Assembly (NCBI GenBank): GCA_025358765.1
Contig: JANYIG010000093.1
Coordinates: forward strand, 1-63,354
Origin: Candidatus Kapaibacterium sp.
Lineage (GTDB): Bacteria; Bacteroidota; Ignavibacteria; Kapaibacteriales; UBA4661
Length of the DNA: 63,354 nucleotides
Direction: 5' to 3'
Positions 10,151 to 19,807 of the stretch are shown in pieces (the stretch's first letter is position 1; every line of letters begins with the position of its first letter). The notes beneath the pieces were generated by a model. That model saw only the letters and a list, made by a program, of their open reading frames with translations. It searched no databases and was not told the origin of the DNA. Both the position numbers and the translations under genes were made by a program.

Positions 10151-10204
10151 GAGAGAATGCGTGGTGATAGCGTTGTTGCTATCGAAATTGGCGGCAAACG
10201 TTTA

Positions 10205-10585
10205 TTAGTTCATCATTTTGAACGAGAACGGAATGCGAACCGCACTGCCGTTATACTCTGGTGAGAATTTATATTTGCTCACGGCATCCGTAGCTGCGCT
10301 AATCAAGTCTTTCATCAAAAATGTTTTGCTTTCGTCTGCTAATTCATAGTTGGTTGCGACAATCCTACCGTCTTGACCAATATAAACCAAAATATCAAAC
10401 TGTCCTTCAATCTGGCGCTGCAATGCGATTTGGGGATATTGAAGCGCCTTTTTGAGTGCTACAACATCTTCCTTTAAAATCGTTTTACTGTTAAAATCAA
10501 TCGCCGTGTTTTGAGCGAACGCTACTTGTGAACCGATAACGGCAACTGCTACAAGAGCAAGGGTAGTAAAAAATGTGCGTTTCAT
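10205..10585 (-). CDS. Secreted protein consisting of a TonB C-terminal-like domain
   Basis: Signal peptide (AFA-Q); YPQIALQRQIEG...V-I--DG...A---V--YKFSP...VRIPFSF resembles TonB_C. Confidence 0.65.
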   Translation of the reverse strand: MKRTFFTTLALVAVAVIGSQVAFAQNTAIDFNSKTILKEDVVALKKALQYPQIALQRQIEGQFDILVYIGQDGRIVATNYELADESKTFLMKDLISAATDAVSKYKFSPEYNGSAVRIPFSFKMMN

Positions 10586-10644
10586 AACAAAATTCCTTAA
10601 AATAACATTGGTGAAATATGAACTGTATTTTCTTGTTTGTGATT

Positions 10645-10673
10645 TATACGATTATATTGCTGATAAAGTTTCA
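10645..10673 (-). promoter_or_regulatory. ECF sigma-type promoter (TGAAAC-N17-CGTATA)
   Basis: Read on the minus strand about 60 bp upstream of the TonB-C-like start. Confidence 0.55.
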
Positions 10674-10720
10674 ATGTTTTTCGCAATATTTTTTCATCAA
10701 TCGTTCTTCTTTTCTATAGT

Positions 10721-10748
10721 TTAACGAATCCTTGAAAAAAAAGTTTCA
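10721..10748 (-). promoter_or_regulatory. Second ECF sigma-type promoter (TGAAAC-N16-CGTTAA)
   Basis: Read on the minus strand, in tandem with the first. Confidence 0.5.
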
Positions 10749-10876
10749 CAAAATATTCTACCTTCAAAAAAAATGATGGTGTTGTTTATTTGCGCGGCAT
10801 GGGAAATTTTCGGAAGTTCATAACACTACTATTATATTTATGGCTATTAGAGTTTATTCCGATTATTGTACAGGGC

Positions 10877-10952
10877 TGTCATGCCAACCCCAGCCTTCGC
10901 TGGGGTTGGCATCCATAGTCCGCACTACCTCTGGCTGGGGACTGGAATGACA
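10877..10952. repeat. REP/MITE-like palindromic element upstream of riboflavin synthase
   Basis: Perfect 14-bp stem ATGCCAACCCCAGC-CTTC-GCTGGGGTTGGCAT; TGTCAT...ATGACA termini. Confidence 0.6.
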
Positions 10953-10998
10953 TTCAAAAGTAATCGGAATAAACTCTACTGAACATATTGGAGATTTG

Positions 10999-11661
10999 AT
11001 GTTTACCGGACTTATTGAAGAACTTGGCACGGTACGCGGTGTACGCAAGCAAGGAAGCGGCATTCGGATGATTGTTGAAGCACACATCATTATGGATGAT
11101 GTGAAAATTGACGATTCTATTTCCATCAACGGTGCATGTCAGACGGTCGTGGCGCTAACTGCAACCACGTTCGAGGTGGAAGCGGTTGAAGAAACCTTGA
11201 TGAAAACAACACTTGGCGGTTTTGCTGTAGGCAAACGGGTGAATTTGGAGCGTGCTATGCGGTTAGGGGGACGGATGGGCGGACATCTTGTGCAAGGACA
11301 CGTGGATACGAGCGGTACGGTAGCTCGCATTGAGCAAAAACAAGGCAGTTGGCTTTTGACAATTAATTTTCCCGTGAATTATGCCCGGTATGTCATCCCC
11401 GTTGGCTCTGTCTGTATTGACGGTGTAAGCCTTACGACGGCTCGCGTAGAGGGTGCAAGTTTTACTGTTTCCATTATTCCCCACACGTGGGCACATACAA
11501 CGCTCAATGAACTCCGCCCGGGAGCCGCTGCCAATCTTGAGTTTGATGTGATTGGGAAATACGTCGAAAAAATGTTGCAATCAGGAGTTGTGCAGATGCC
11601 GAATGCAGAGCAACCGCAAGGCTCCATGACGGAGGGCTGGTTAGCGAGTATGGGGTATTGA
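10999..11661 (+). CDS. ribE: Riboflavin synthase (alpha chain)
   Basis: MFTGLIEE, SINGACQTV, VNLERA, GGHLVQGHVD, IIPHT, NLEFD. Confidence 0.96.
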   Translation: MFTGLIEELGTVRGVRKQGSGIRMIVEAHIIMDDVKIDDSISINGACQTVVALTATTFEVEAVEETLMKTTLGGFAVGKRVNLERAMRLGGRMGGHLVQGHVDTSGTVARIEQKQGSWLLTINFPVNYARYVIPVGSVCIDGVSLTTARVEGASFTVSIIPHTWAHTTLNELRPGAAANLEFDVIGKYVEKMLQSGVVQMPNAEQPQGSMTEGWLASMGY

Positions 11662-11689
11662 GAAGGAATATAGAAGAAAATCCGTTCGT

Positions 11690-12115
11690 TTATATCGTAG
11701 TGTTGTTTTCCGTCGGGATGCGTTTCCTGCCCATGTACCCTGCCTGAACACTATGATAATGGGTGAGTTCTGGCTCATCGCTGCGCCAGCAGAGCAATAC
11801 TTCTTCGTCGTTAATACGAGCAGGGAAATCTACTAACCCAATCGTAAAATTCCAGTCTTTGAAGAAGCACCCTAATTCTTCTAATTCACTCATATAACTC
11901 TCCAAACGGCTTCGGAGTACGGAAAACTCATGGTGTTCCTGTTCATCTTGTTCGTCGGACACAAGCAATTGTCGCATGGAACGACTTGTATCCAAAATAT
12001 CTTCCACAATTTTTTTCACAAGTGGCAGGGTTTTTGTGGCTTCGGCAGGCGTGAAATATTTTTTGAAGGACGGCGATGCTGGTTCGGAGGAGTTTTCTGA
12101 AATGTTCGTATTCAT
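11690..12115 (-). CDS. DUF2203 family protein
   Basis: FTPAEA...LP, KD...GLVDFPA...LCWR-DE...H...G..GR pattern. Confidence 0.8.
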   Translation of the reverse strand: MNTNISENSSEPASPSFKKYFTPAEATKTLPLVKKIVEDILDTSRSMRQLLVSDEQDEQEHHEFSVLRSRLESYMSELEELGCFFKDWNFTIGLVDFPARINDEEVLLCWRSDEPELTHYHSVQAGYMGRKRIPTENNTTI

Positions 12116-12293
12116 AACGGGTACCTTCGTTTGAATGGTGATACAGATGTTGGTTGTCTGCGATATTTATGGCAAATTTGGAAAATTTTTGTCAAACAAT
12201 CAGCCACTATTTTTCGACAAACTTTTTCAGAATCTTTTTCAGAACACGATTCGGTGCGTCGTCTGCACACCAGATTTGAGGCAAGAGACTCCT

Positions 12294-13229
12294 GTGGAAA
12301 CACTTGTAACATTATATTTTGACACATATCGGACGTACATCGCCCATTTGGAGCATACCGCGCAGGGACTATGTTTGTCGGGCATTCATGTGACGAATGC
12401 TCCCGTTGATCTCTCGCAGAACTTGGATGATGTGCGGGCATCCGTCGGGATGGAGGAAGTAGAACGGTGCTTGGAGCATCTGTCCGAACGCCATGAGCGT
12501 ATTGATGCCATTGCGGTTTCGTTAGATATGGACAGCGTTTTGGCATATCCGATTCCCTATTCACCAGCACTCACAAGCCAGCAACTCAGTGAATATGCGG
12601 CATTTGAGCTGATGCAACATGTTCCTGATGCTGACCCAAAACAGTTTTTTACGTCACTGTATCCGTTCCGCTCCGATGAAGATTCACCAATGGCATTTGC
12701 CGTCCACGTTGGCGCGAATGCGGCTTCTGTAGCGGTTCATGCGGCGGCGGTGCTTCGGAGTACGCTCCGACGGATAAGCGTTTCGCAGGCAGATGCTCAC
12801 AACGTTTTTGCGTATAATTATGCAGACGAGGCGCACAAAACCGTTGCACTCTGCGGCGTTCAGGACAAATACGTGGATATAAGCGTTCTCTGCAACAATA
12901 CAATTCTCGACGTTGCTACGCTTGAAGTCGATCACTTGTCGCCATCGTCACCGCTTGGAAGCGTTTGCAAGGCATACGTGCAAAATCTTGACGACGAACA
13001 AGGAATAACGCTCGATACAGCCTATTTTTTTGGAACAGATTTAACAAAAAATGACATAGACACGGTTCACCGCGAACTTTCTATGCCTGTGAAGCGTTTG
13101 AACCCGCTCAAAATGCTTACCTCAACACTTACACTCCGCGAACGGGAATATTGCTCCCGGATAGCGCATGTGCTTGTGCCGTCGGTCGGAAGCATGTTGC
13201 CGGAAGCGTTTGCAAGCATTCGGTTGTAG
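12294..13229 (+). CDS. PilM-like (actin-fold) protein
   Basis: AVSL...YAAFELMQHVP, A--NVFAYNY, VALCGV...DISV, AYFFG, LSMPVKRLNPL resemble PilM; GTG start chosen. Confidence 0.55.
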   Translation: METLVTLYFDTYRTYIAHLEHTAQGLCLSGIHVTNAPVDLSQNLDDVRASVGMEEVERCLEHLSERHERIDAIAVSLDMDSVLAYPIPYSPALTSQQLSEYAAFELMQHVPDADPKQFFTSLYPFRSDEDSPMAFAVHVGANAASVAVHAAAVLRSTLRRISVSQADAHNVFAYNYADEAHKTVALCGVQDKYVDISVLCNNTILDVATLEVDHLSPSSPLGSVCKAYVQNLDDEQGITLDTAYFFGTDLTKNDIDTVHRELSMPVKRLNPLKMLTSTLTLREREYCSRIAHVLVPSVGSMLPEAFASIRL

Positions 13230-13312
13230 ATTTGGTTGCTGGTTGCTTGGTCATTGTTCTTGTTTTACATTTCGATACTCCACCTTTTTTATACCTTTAA
13301 ATCTCCACTGCC

Positions 13313-14668
13313 ATGATTATCCGTGCTTTCAAAAACTCCGTCGGGCTACGAATGTTCGTCATTGGTTTTTTAACGCTTGCAATGCTCATTCCAGCATGGT
13401 TGATAGAAAACTTGATTCAAGAACGCCAACAACGCCGCGACGAAGCGGTGCAGGAAGTAAGCGAAAAATGGGGTGGCGTGCAGACGGTTTCCGGTCCGGT
13501 GTTGTCCGTGCCGTACAAAACGCTTGCCCGCACGGAAACAACGGACGATAAGGGCGTGAAACATACCGAAATACATGAAATCATTACGTACACTCATTTG
13601 CTGCCTGAGAATCTGAACATCAAAGCGGATATTGTGCCAGAAGTGCGGTATCGAGGTATTTATGAGGTGATTTTGTACCACTCAGCGATTACGGTTGAAG
13701 GTGTATTTTCGTTTGCGCCATTCAAGGAATTGAATATTCCTGCAAAAGATATTCTCTGGAATGACGCGTTTTTGGCAGTGGGCATTGCCGACGTGAAGGG
13801 GATTAAAGATATCGTAAAAGTTCGTTGGAATGGTACAGAACTTCTTGCCAATCCGGGCATACCTTCAAGCGACGTTCTTGATGTGGGCATTACGGTCAAA
13901 CCTGCACTTTCCCAGGCAGATGTGGATGCAAACACGCAATACTCTGTCGCGCTCGACCTGAATTTGAACGGGAGTAGTGAACTTTATTTTGTCCCGGTCG
14001 GACGTGAAACAAAAACCACAGTGCGCTCCAAATGGGGTAATCCAAGTTTTGTTGGGCAGTTTTTGCCGGAAAACAGAACGGTGGAAGCCAGCACTTTTAG
14101 CGCTGATTGGAAGATTCTCCATTTGAACCGCAATTTTCCGCAAGCGTGGCGTGGAGCGCAATACAAGATTCAGCAATCTGCGTTTGGCGTAAAACTGTTG
14201 ATGGCGATTGATGAATATCAAAAAATTACGCGCACCGCAAAATATGCCATTATGTTTATTACACTTACGTTTTTGTCATTTTTTATGGCAGAAGTGTTGA
14301 CTAAGCGCGTTATTCATCCGATTCAGTACGTGCTTATCGGGCTTGCGCTGTCAATTTTCTATACATTATTGCTTTCATTGTCTGAGCAAATCAACTTTAA
14401 TCGTGCGTACGTGCTTTCCAGTGCGGCGATTATTGTACTGATAGCCGCCTACACGCGCAATGTTTTGGGTGGCAACCTCGCAACTGCCGTCATCACTGGG
14501 ATTCTTGTGACGCTGTATGGCTTCCTCTATATCGTTCTGCAATTGCAAGACTATGCACTATTATTGGGCAGCGTCGGGCTATTCGTGATTCTGGCAGTGG
14601 TGATGTACATTACACGGAAGATAGATTGGTTCTCGCTTGGCGGTTCAGGCGAGGATGCAGTGCCATAA
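13313..14668 (+). CDS. creD: Inner membrane protein CreD
   Basis: LIQERQ, WGGVQTVSGP, RYRGIY, WGNPSF-G-FLP, KYAIMFI, IHPIQY, YTLLLSLSE, QDYALL-GS, MY-TRKIDW. Confidence 0.92.
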   Translation: MIIRAFKNSVGLRMFVIGFLTLAMLIPAWLIENLIQERQQRRDEAVQEVSEKWGGVQTVSGPVLSVPYKTLARTETTDDKGVKHTEIHEIITYTHLLPENLNIKADIVPEVRYRGIYEVILYHSAITVEGVFSFAPFKELNIPAKDILWNDAFLAVGIADVKGIKDIVKVRWNGTELLANPGIPSSDVLDVGITVKPALSQADVDANTQYSVALDLNLNGSSELYFVPVGRETKTTVRSKWGNPSFVGQFLPENRTVEASTFSADWKILHLNRNFPQAWRGAQYKIQQSAFGVKLLMAIDEYQKITRTAKYAIMFITLTFLSFFMAEVLTKRVIHPIQYVLIGLALSIFYTLLLSLSEQINFNRAYVLSSAAIIVLIAAYTRNVLGGNLATAVITGILVTLYGFLYIVLQLQDYALLLGSVGLFVILAVVMYITRKIDWFSLGGSGEDAVP

Positions 14669-14755
14669 CTATTGTGTGAATGCCGTCTCCAATAGTCAGT
14701 ATGAAAATTCGTCTGTAAACTTTGCGGACGAATTTCTCTACCATTACCCTACATC

Positions 14756-15310
14756 ATGACTTCCATATTGACCTCAGAGGAACGAATAGCACTCCGAAAA
14801 GAATTGATGCTCTCCCACGACCGTTTATTGGTGGAAATAGAGTCGCTTTCGCCTGTGCAGATGAACGATAAGCCTAAACCCGAACAATGGTCTGCTGCAG
14901 AATGTCTTGAGCATATCATCAATGTTGACCTGTGGATTTTTCAGCAACTCTCCTCGTGTCGATTTTCGACGAATAACATCGAGGCGATGTCAACAGGATT
15001 AGCCGTGACCGAAAACGGCATTCTCACCATCATGGCAAATCGCAAAGAAACCATGAAAACACCGCCGTTTTTGGAGCCGAAGCTGCCCTATTATCAGAAA
15101 GAACTGCTTTTGAACCGTTTCGGCGCTACGAATACGGTACTCCAAGACTATGTGGCTTCGACCGATGACCATTTACACATCTTTTGCGCCGACCATCCCA
15201 TCTTTGGCGTAATAACGGGCTATCAATGGCTTGTATATCTGTATGCACACCGCCATCGGCACATTGAGCAGATACGGAGCGTGAGAGAAGATGCTGGTGC
15301 ATTTGCGTAG
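14756..15310 (+). CDS. DinB family protein
   Basis: WSAAECLEHI, HPIFG, H--RH--QI metal-binding His set. Confidence 0.85.
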   Translation: MTSILTSEERIALRKELMLSHDRLLVEIESLSPVQMNDKPKPEQWSAAECLEHIINVDLWIFQQLSSCRFSTNNIEAMSTGLAVTENGILTIMANRKETMKTPPFLEPKLPYYQKELLLNRFGATNTVLQDYVASTDDHLHIFCADHPIFGVITGYQWLVYLYAHRHRHIEQIRSVREDAGAFA

Positions 15311-15364
15311 TTCGTGTTTGCGTAAAAAGCATCCTCATTCTTGAATAATAGCATTCCCTTGATT

Positions 15365-16777
15365 ATGGATATCCTTGCAACAATCAAAACCCTCGAAGCC
15401 TTAGCAGACGTACCAGATGAGCAGCTCGCGTGGTTTATTGAAAACGCCGAACTGCAACGGTTTGCTGTTGGCGATTTTATGTTCACACCCGGTGCAGTGA
15501 TTGACGAAGTGCAGATTATTCTTGAGGGAAAACTTCGCATTTATTCTGTGCAAAACGGCACAGAACGCGAGTGGCTGACATATCAAGCGCTTTCTATACT
15601 CGGACAGCTGCCATATTCACGGATGAAAGCCGCCGTATCCTACGGACAAGTGCGGGAGCCAATAACGCTCCTTGCCTTGCACAAAAGCAAATTCCGTACA
15701 ATGATTTGCGACCAACACGAACTCACCCAAGCATTCGTAAGCGTGATGACCTCGCGGACGCGGGATTTCACAGCACTCCAACAACAAAGCGAAAAATTGA
15801 TGGCGCTTGGGAAGCTCTCTGCGGGGCTGGCACACGAACTGAATAACCCCGCCGCCGCTATTGTACGCTCGTCGCAAGAACTGAAAAAACATTTAAGCCT
15901 ACTTCCGGTTAATTTTAAAGCCGTGATGAGCATTCGTATGGAAGAGAAACATATTGATTGCATCAACAATACGCTCTTTCAGCGTTTGCAAGAGTACCAC
16001 ACAAATCCGTCACAGCCTTTGTCATTGCTTGAGAAAACGTCACGTGAAAACGACATTGCGGATTGGATGGACGACCATGACATTGTGGACGGCGTGGATA
16101 TGGCGGAAAATTACGTGGAATTTGATTTCACAATGGAGCATTTGAACGATATTTTTGAAGCAACAGGAGCCGCAAACGCTCAAGCAGTGCTGAAGTGGAT
16201 AGACGACAACCTGACCACAGAGCGTATGGTGACGGACATACAAGACGCATCAAAGCGTATCGGCGACCTTGTGCAGTCGGTGAAGTCGTACACGTACATG
16301 GACAAAGCGCAGGGAAAACAGACGGTGAATGTTCACGAAGGCATCAAAAACACAGTGACGATGCTGCACCACAAATTCAAGAAATTTAATGTGAAATTCG
16401 TGGAATCGTTCGACCCCAAAACGCCAGCGTTGGAGGGCTTCCCTGGTGAGTTGAACCAAGTTTGGACAAACTTGATAGACAATGCGCTTGACGCACTCGA
16501 AGACCAGAAACAGAGCGGCACGGGAATAGTCGAAGTCCAAACAAAGAACGATGGCGAGTTCCTCTGCGTCAATGTGATTGACAACGGCGGCGGCATTCCG
16601 CAGGATGTTCAAAATAACATTTTCGACCCCTTTTTTACGACCAAAGACATCGGCAAAGGCACGGGAATGGGCTTAGACGTGGTGCGGAAGATTGTGCTGC
16701 ATCATAACGCCGATATTCGTGTTTCCTCCAAGCCCGGACGCACGGAGTTTGCTTTGCGTTTTTTGGTAAAGGGGTAA
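15365..16777 (+). CDS. Cyclic-nucleotide-binding-domain sensor histidine kinase
   Basis: N-terminal cNMP-like domain; H-box GLAHELNNP; NQVWTNLIDNA, DNGGGIP, FDPFFTTK, GTGMGL. Confidence 0.92.
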   Translation: MDILATIKTLEALADVPDEQLAWFIENAELQRFAVGDFMFTPGAVIDEVQIILEGKLRIYSVQNGTEREWLTYQALSILGQLPYSRMKAAVSYGQVREPITLLALHKSKFRTMICDQHELTQAFVSVMTSRTRDFTALQQQSEKLMALGKLSAGLAHELNNPAAAIVRSSQELKKHLSLLPVNFKAVMSIRMEEKHIDCINNTLFQRLQEYHTNPSQPLSLLEKTSRENDIADWMDDHDIVDGVDMAENYVEFDFTMEHLNDIFEATGAANAQAVLKWIDDNLTTERMVTDIQDASKRIGDLVQSVKSYTYMDKAQGKQTVNVHEGIKNTVTMLHHKFKKFNVKFVESFDPKTPALEGFPGELNQVWTNLIDNALDALEDQKQSGTGIVEVQTKNDGEFLCVNVIDNGGGIPQDVQNNIFDPFFTTKDIGKGTGMGLDVVRKIVLHHNADIRVSSKPGRTEFALRFLVKG

Positions 16778-16855
16778 TTGCTCACAAGAAGGCTTGTTGA
16801 AGGTTGTCAACATTTTGCAAACTATGAAATCCATTATCGAACGGAGTTTTGACGC

Positions 16856-18532
16856 ATGAAACAACCCATTATCTTCTCGATTGACGACGACCCGCAGGTT
16901 CTTCGAGCCATCCAGCGCGACTTGCGGAACCAGTATCGCAAGGATTACCGTATTCTCAGCACGTCGTCGGCGCAAGAAGCACTCGACACGTTAGTGGAAC
17001 TCAAAAAACAAGGCGAAGTCGTGGCGCTGTTTCTGAGTGATCAACGAATGCCGGAAATGGAGGGCGTGGAATTCCTTGAAAAGGCTCGTGCATTGTACCC
17101 CGATGCAAAGCGTGTGCTGCTCACGGCGTACTCTGACACCGATGCAGCCATAAAAGCCATCAACGACGTGCGGCTTGATTATTACCTGCTCAAACCATGG
17201 GATCCACCCGAAGAAAAACTCTATCCAACGCTAAACGACTTGCTCGACGACTGGCATGCGGGTTATATCCCAGAATTTACGGGCAACCGTGTGGTGGGCT
17301 ACCAGTTTTCGCCGAAGTCGCATCATATCAAAGATTTTTTGGCGGGAAATCTTTTTCCGTACCAATGGCTCGACGTGGAAACCAGCGACAAAGCGCTTGA
17401 ACTCTTGCAATTGAATAGCATTGAGCACAAAGATTTACCCGCAATGTTTTTCGAGGATGGTTCATTTATCGTCAATCCACAATTGCCAGACATTGCACAA
17501 AAGTTAGGTTTGCAGCCGAAAGCAGCAAATTCAATGTATGATGTTGTCATTATTGGCGCAGGTCCGGCAGGGCTGGCAGCGGCAGTGTATGGCGCTTCGG
17601 AAGGTTTAAAAACCTTGCTTGTGGAGCGTCGTGCACCCGGTGGGCAGGCGGGAACAAGCTCACGGATTGAAAACTACCTCGGTTTCCCGACGGGATTAAG
17701 CGGTTCCGACCTTGCCCGTCGTGCTATTACACAAGCGACGCGTTTGGGAACGGAATTTCTGGTTCCACAGCAAGTGACTTCGATTCGTTTGCAGGACGGC
17801 TATAAAATCCTCATGCTCGCCGATGGACAGGAAATCAACACGCGCAGCGTAGTGGTGACAACGGGCGTGGATTACCGAATGCTCGAAACCAAGGGCGTGG
17901 GTGATTTCACCGGTGCAGGTGTGTATTACGGCGCAGCAACAACGGAAGCGGCAATTTGTAGCGACAAAGACGTGTACGTGGTGGGTGGTGGGAATTCTGC
18001 GGGGCAGGCAGCGGTTTATTTGGCGCGGTTTGCGCGGAATGTGTTCATTGTTATTCGCCGCGAAGACCTGACTGCCACGATGTCGTCGTATTTGATTGAC
18101 CAGATTGCAGGCATTGCAAACATTCAGGTGTTGCCAAAAACCGAAATCATTGAGGCGTTTGGCGAACACAATGGAGAAAACGAACGCTTGTCATGCCTCA
18201 TCATCGAAAACATTGACACGAAGGAAACGCGCAAAGTTCCAGCGGCGGCGCTATTCATCTTTATCGGCGCGAAGCCTTACACAGAGTGGCTTCCGAACGA
18301 TGTTGTGAAAGATGAGCGTGGATTTGTGTTCACTGGACGGGATTTAGTGGATGAAGATTCCTTCAAAAAACTCTGGAAGCGTGACCGAGAGCCGTATCTG
18401 TTGGAAACCAGCGTTCCCGGTATCTTCGCGGCGGGCGACGTTCGCTCAAGCGCCATGAATCGCGTTGCTTCTGCTGTTGGCGAAGGTGCAATGGCGATTA
18501 GTTTTGTTCACAAGTATTTGGCGGAGGTGTAG
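16856..18532 (+). CDS. Receiver domain fused to a thioredoxin-reductase-like FAD/NAD(P)H oxidoreductase
   Basis: IDDD/SDQRMP/LLTAY/KPW receiver motifs; IIGAGPAG, IENYLGFP, VVGGGNSA, TSVPGIFAAGD. Confidence 0.92.
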   Translation: MKQPIIFSIDDDPQVLRAIQRDLRNQYRKDYRILSTSSAQEALDTLVELKKQGEVVALFLSDQRMPEMEGVEFLEKARALYPDAKRVLLTAYSDTDAAIKAINDVRLDYYLLKPWDPPEEKLYPTLNDLLDDWHAGYIPEFTGNRVVGYQFSPKSHHIKDFLAGNLFPYQWLDVETSDKALELLQLNSIEHKDLPAMFFEDGSFIVNPQLPDIAQKLGLQPKAANSMYDVVIIGAGPAGLAAAVYGASEGLKTLLVERRAPGGQAGTSSRIENYLGFPTGLSGSDLARRAITQATRLGTEFLVPQQVTSIRLQDGYKILMLADGQEINTRSVVVTTGVDYRMLETKGVGDFTGAGVYYGAATTEAAICSDKDVYVVGGGNSAGQAAVYLARFARNVFIVIRREDLTATMSSYLIDQIAGIANIQVLPKTEIIEAFGEHNGENERLSCLIIENIDTKETRKVPAAALFIFIGAKPYTEWLPNDVVKDERGFVFTGRDLVDEDSFKKLWKRDREPYLLETSVPGIFAAGDVRSSAMNRVASAVGEGAMAISFVHKYLAEV

Positions 18533-18542
18533 TGTGTCCTTC

Positions 18543-19748
18543 ATGACTATCGAGAACGCTCTCGACCTCTACACGTCGGTCCGAGAACGCTCCGTGGCTC
18601 TTTGCAAACCGCTTCAAGCGGAAGATTATGTTGTGCAACCTGTTGTAGAGGTTAGCCCACCCAAATGGCATCTTGGACACACCACGTGGTTTTTCGAGAC
18701 GTTTTTTTTGAAGCCGTATAAAACGGGCTATAAGGAATTTCATCCCGAATACAATTTCGTATTTAACTCATACTACGAAACGGTTGGTGCGAGGGTGCTA
18801 CGAACGGATAGAGGGAACCTCAGCCGCCCGTCGGTCAGCGATGTGTATGCGTACCGCGCTCACGTGGATGAGCAAATGCGAGCGTGGATTTGCAACGGTA
18901 TGGAGAGCATGGACAACAATGCAATGTCAGAGCTGACAAGCCTTCTGGAGCTTGGGTTGAACCACGAGCAGCAGCATCAAGAGCTTCTGGCAACTGACAT
19001 CAAATACATCTTTGGTCACAATCCACTTTTTCCGTCATATCAAACGCTGATTCCAGCATTACAAGGTTCTACGGGGTCTATGGGTTGGATTCGTGTTCCC
19101 GAAAACGTGTATGAAGTCGGCTACAAAGGTGATGGATTCTGTTTCGACAACGAATTGGGTGTTCACAAAGTATATATCCACGAGTTTCAGATTGCTGACC
19201 GTTTAGTGACAAATGCTGAATATCTTGAATTTATGCGCTCCGGCGGTTATAAAGATTTTCGTCACTGGCTCGGCGAAGGCTGGCAATGGGTAAACGATAA
19301 CACCGTGCAAGCACCAATGTATTGGTACGAGATTGATGGGCAATGGATGAACTATTCGCCCGACGGATTAAAACCTATTGCCCTCGATGAACCCGTCCAA
19401 CACGTGAGTTTTTACGAGGCAGATGCCTATGCTGCTTGGATTGGTGCGCGGCTGGCAACGGAGTTCGAGTGGGAAGTGGCTTCAAACCAGCTTCAACAGG
19501 AACCTCAGCATAAATTTCAGTACGGTGAACTCTGGGAGTGGACGAATAGCGCGTATTTACCGTATCCGGGCTTCACGAAGGCAGCGGGGGCGATTGGCGA
19601 GTACAATGGGAAATTCATGGTGAACCAAATGGTGCTGCGTGGCGGTTCGGTGGCTACGCCTGCCGGACATGCTCGCCGTACGTATCGGAATTTTTTTCAT
19701 CCACCGCTTCGCTGGCAGTTTATGGGCATTCGGCTTGTAAAGAGGTAG
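18543..19748 (+). CDS. egtB: Ergothioneine biosynthesis sulfoxide synthase
   Basis: SPPKWHLGHTTWFFETF, HEQQHQELL, WEWT-S-Y-PYPGF, GEYNGKFM, RTYRNFF. Confidence 0.93.
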   Translation: MTIENALDLYTSVRERSVALCKPLQAEDYVVQPVVEVSPPKWHLGHTTWFFETFFLKPYKTGYKEFHPEYNFVFNSYYETVGARVLRTDRGNLSRPSVSDVYAYRAHVDEQMRAWICNGMESMDNNAMSELTSLLELGLNHEQQHQELLATDIKYIFGHNPLFPSYQTLIPALQGSTGSMGWIRVPENVYEVGYKGDGFCFDNELGVHKVYIHEFQIADRLVTNAEYLEFMRSGGYKDFRHWLGEGWQWVNDNTVQAPMYWYEIDGQWMNYSPDGLKPIALDEPVQHVSFYEADAYAAWIGARLATEFEWEVASNQLQQEPQHKFQYGELWEWTNSAYLPYPGFTKAAGAIGEYNGKFMVNQMVLRGGSVATPAGHARRTYRNFFHPPLRWQFMGIRLVKR

Positions 19749-19807
19749 TGGACAGTGTGATGCCGCCGCTTCAGGAAACCTATTGTGCGTATTTTTTTAT
19801 AGATTTG

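Noticed and set aside
10860-10998. FMN riboswitch upstream of ribE
   Set aside because: Only AGGGC and AGTCCGC fragments match; the GGTGAAA-TCC-ACC and GGATG-GAGA cores are absent
18543-19748. Selenoneine synthase SenA rather than EgtB
   Set aside because: No senB or selD neighbours; motifs and egtD linkage fit EgtB
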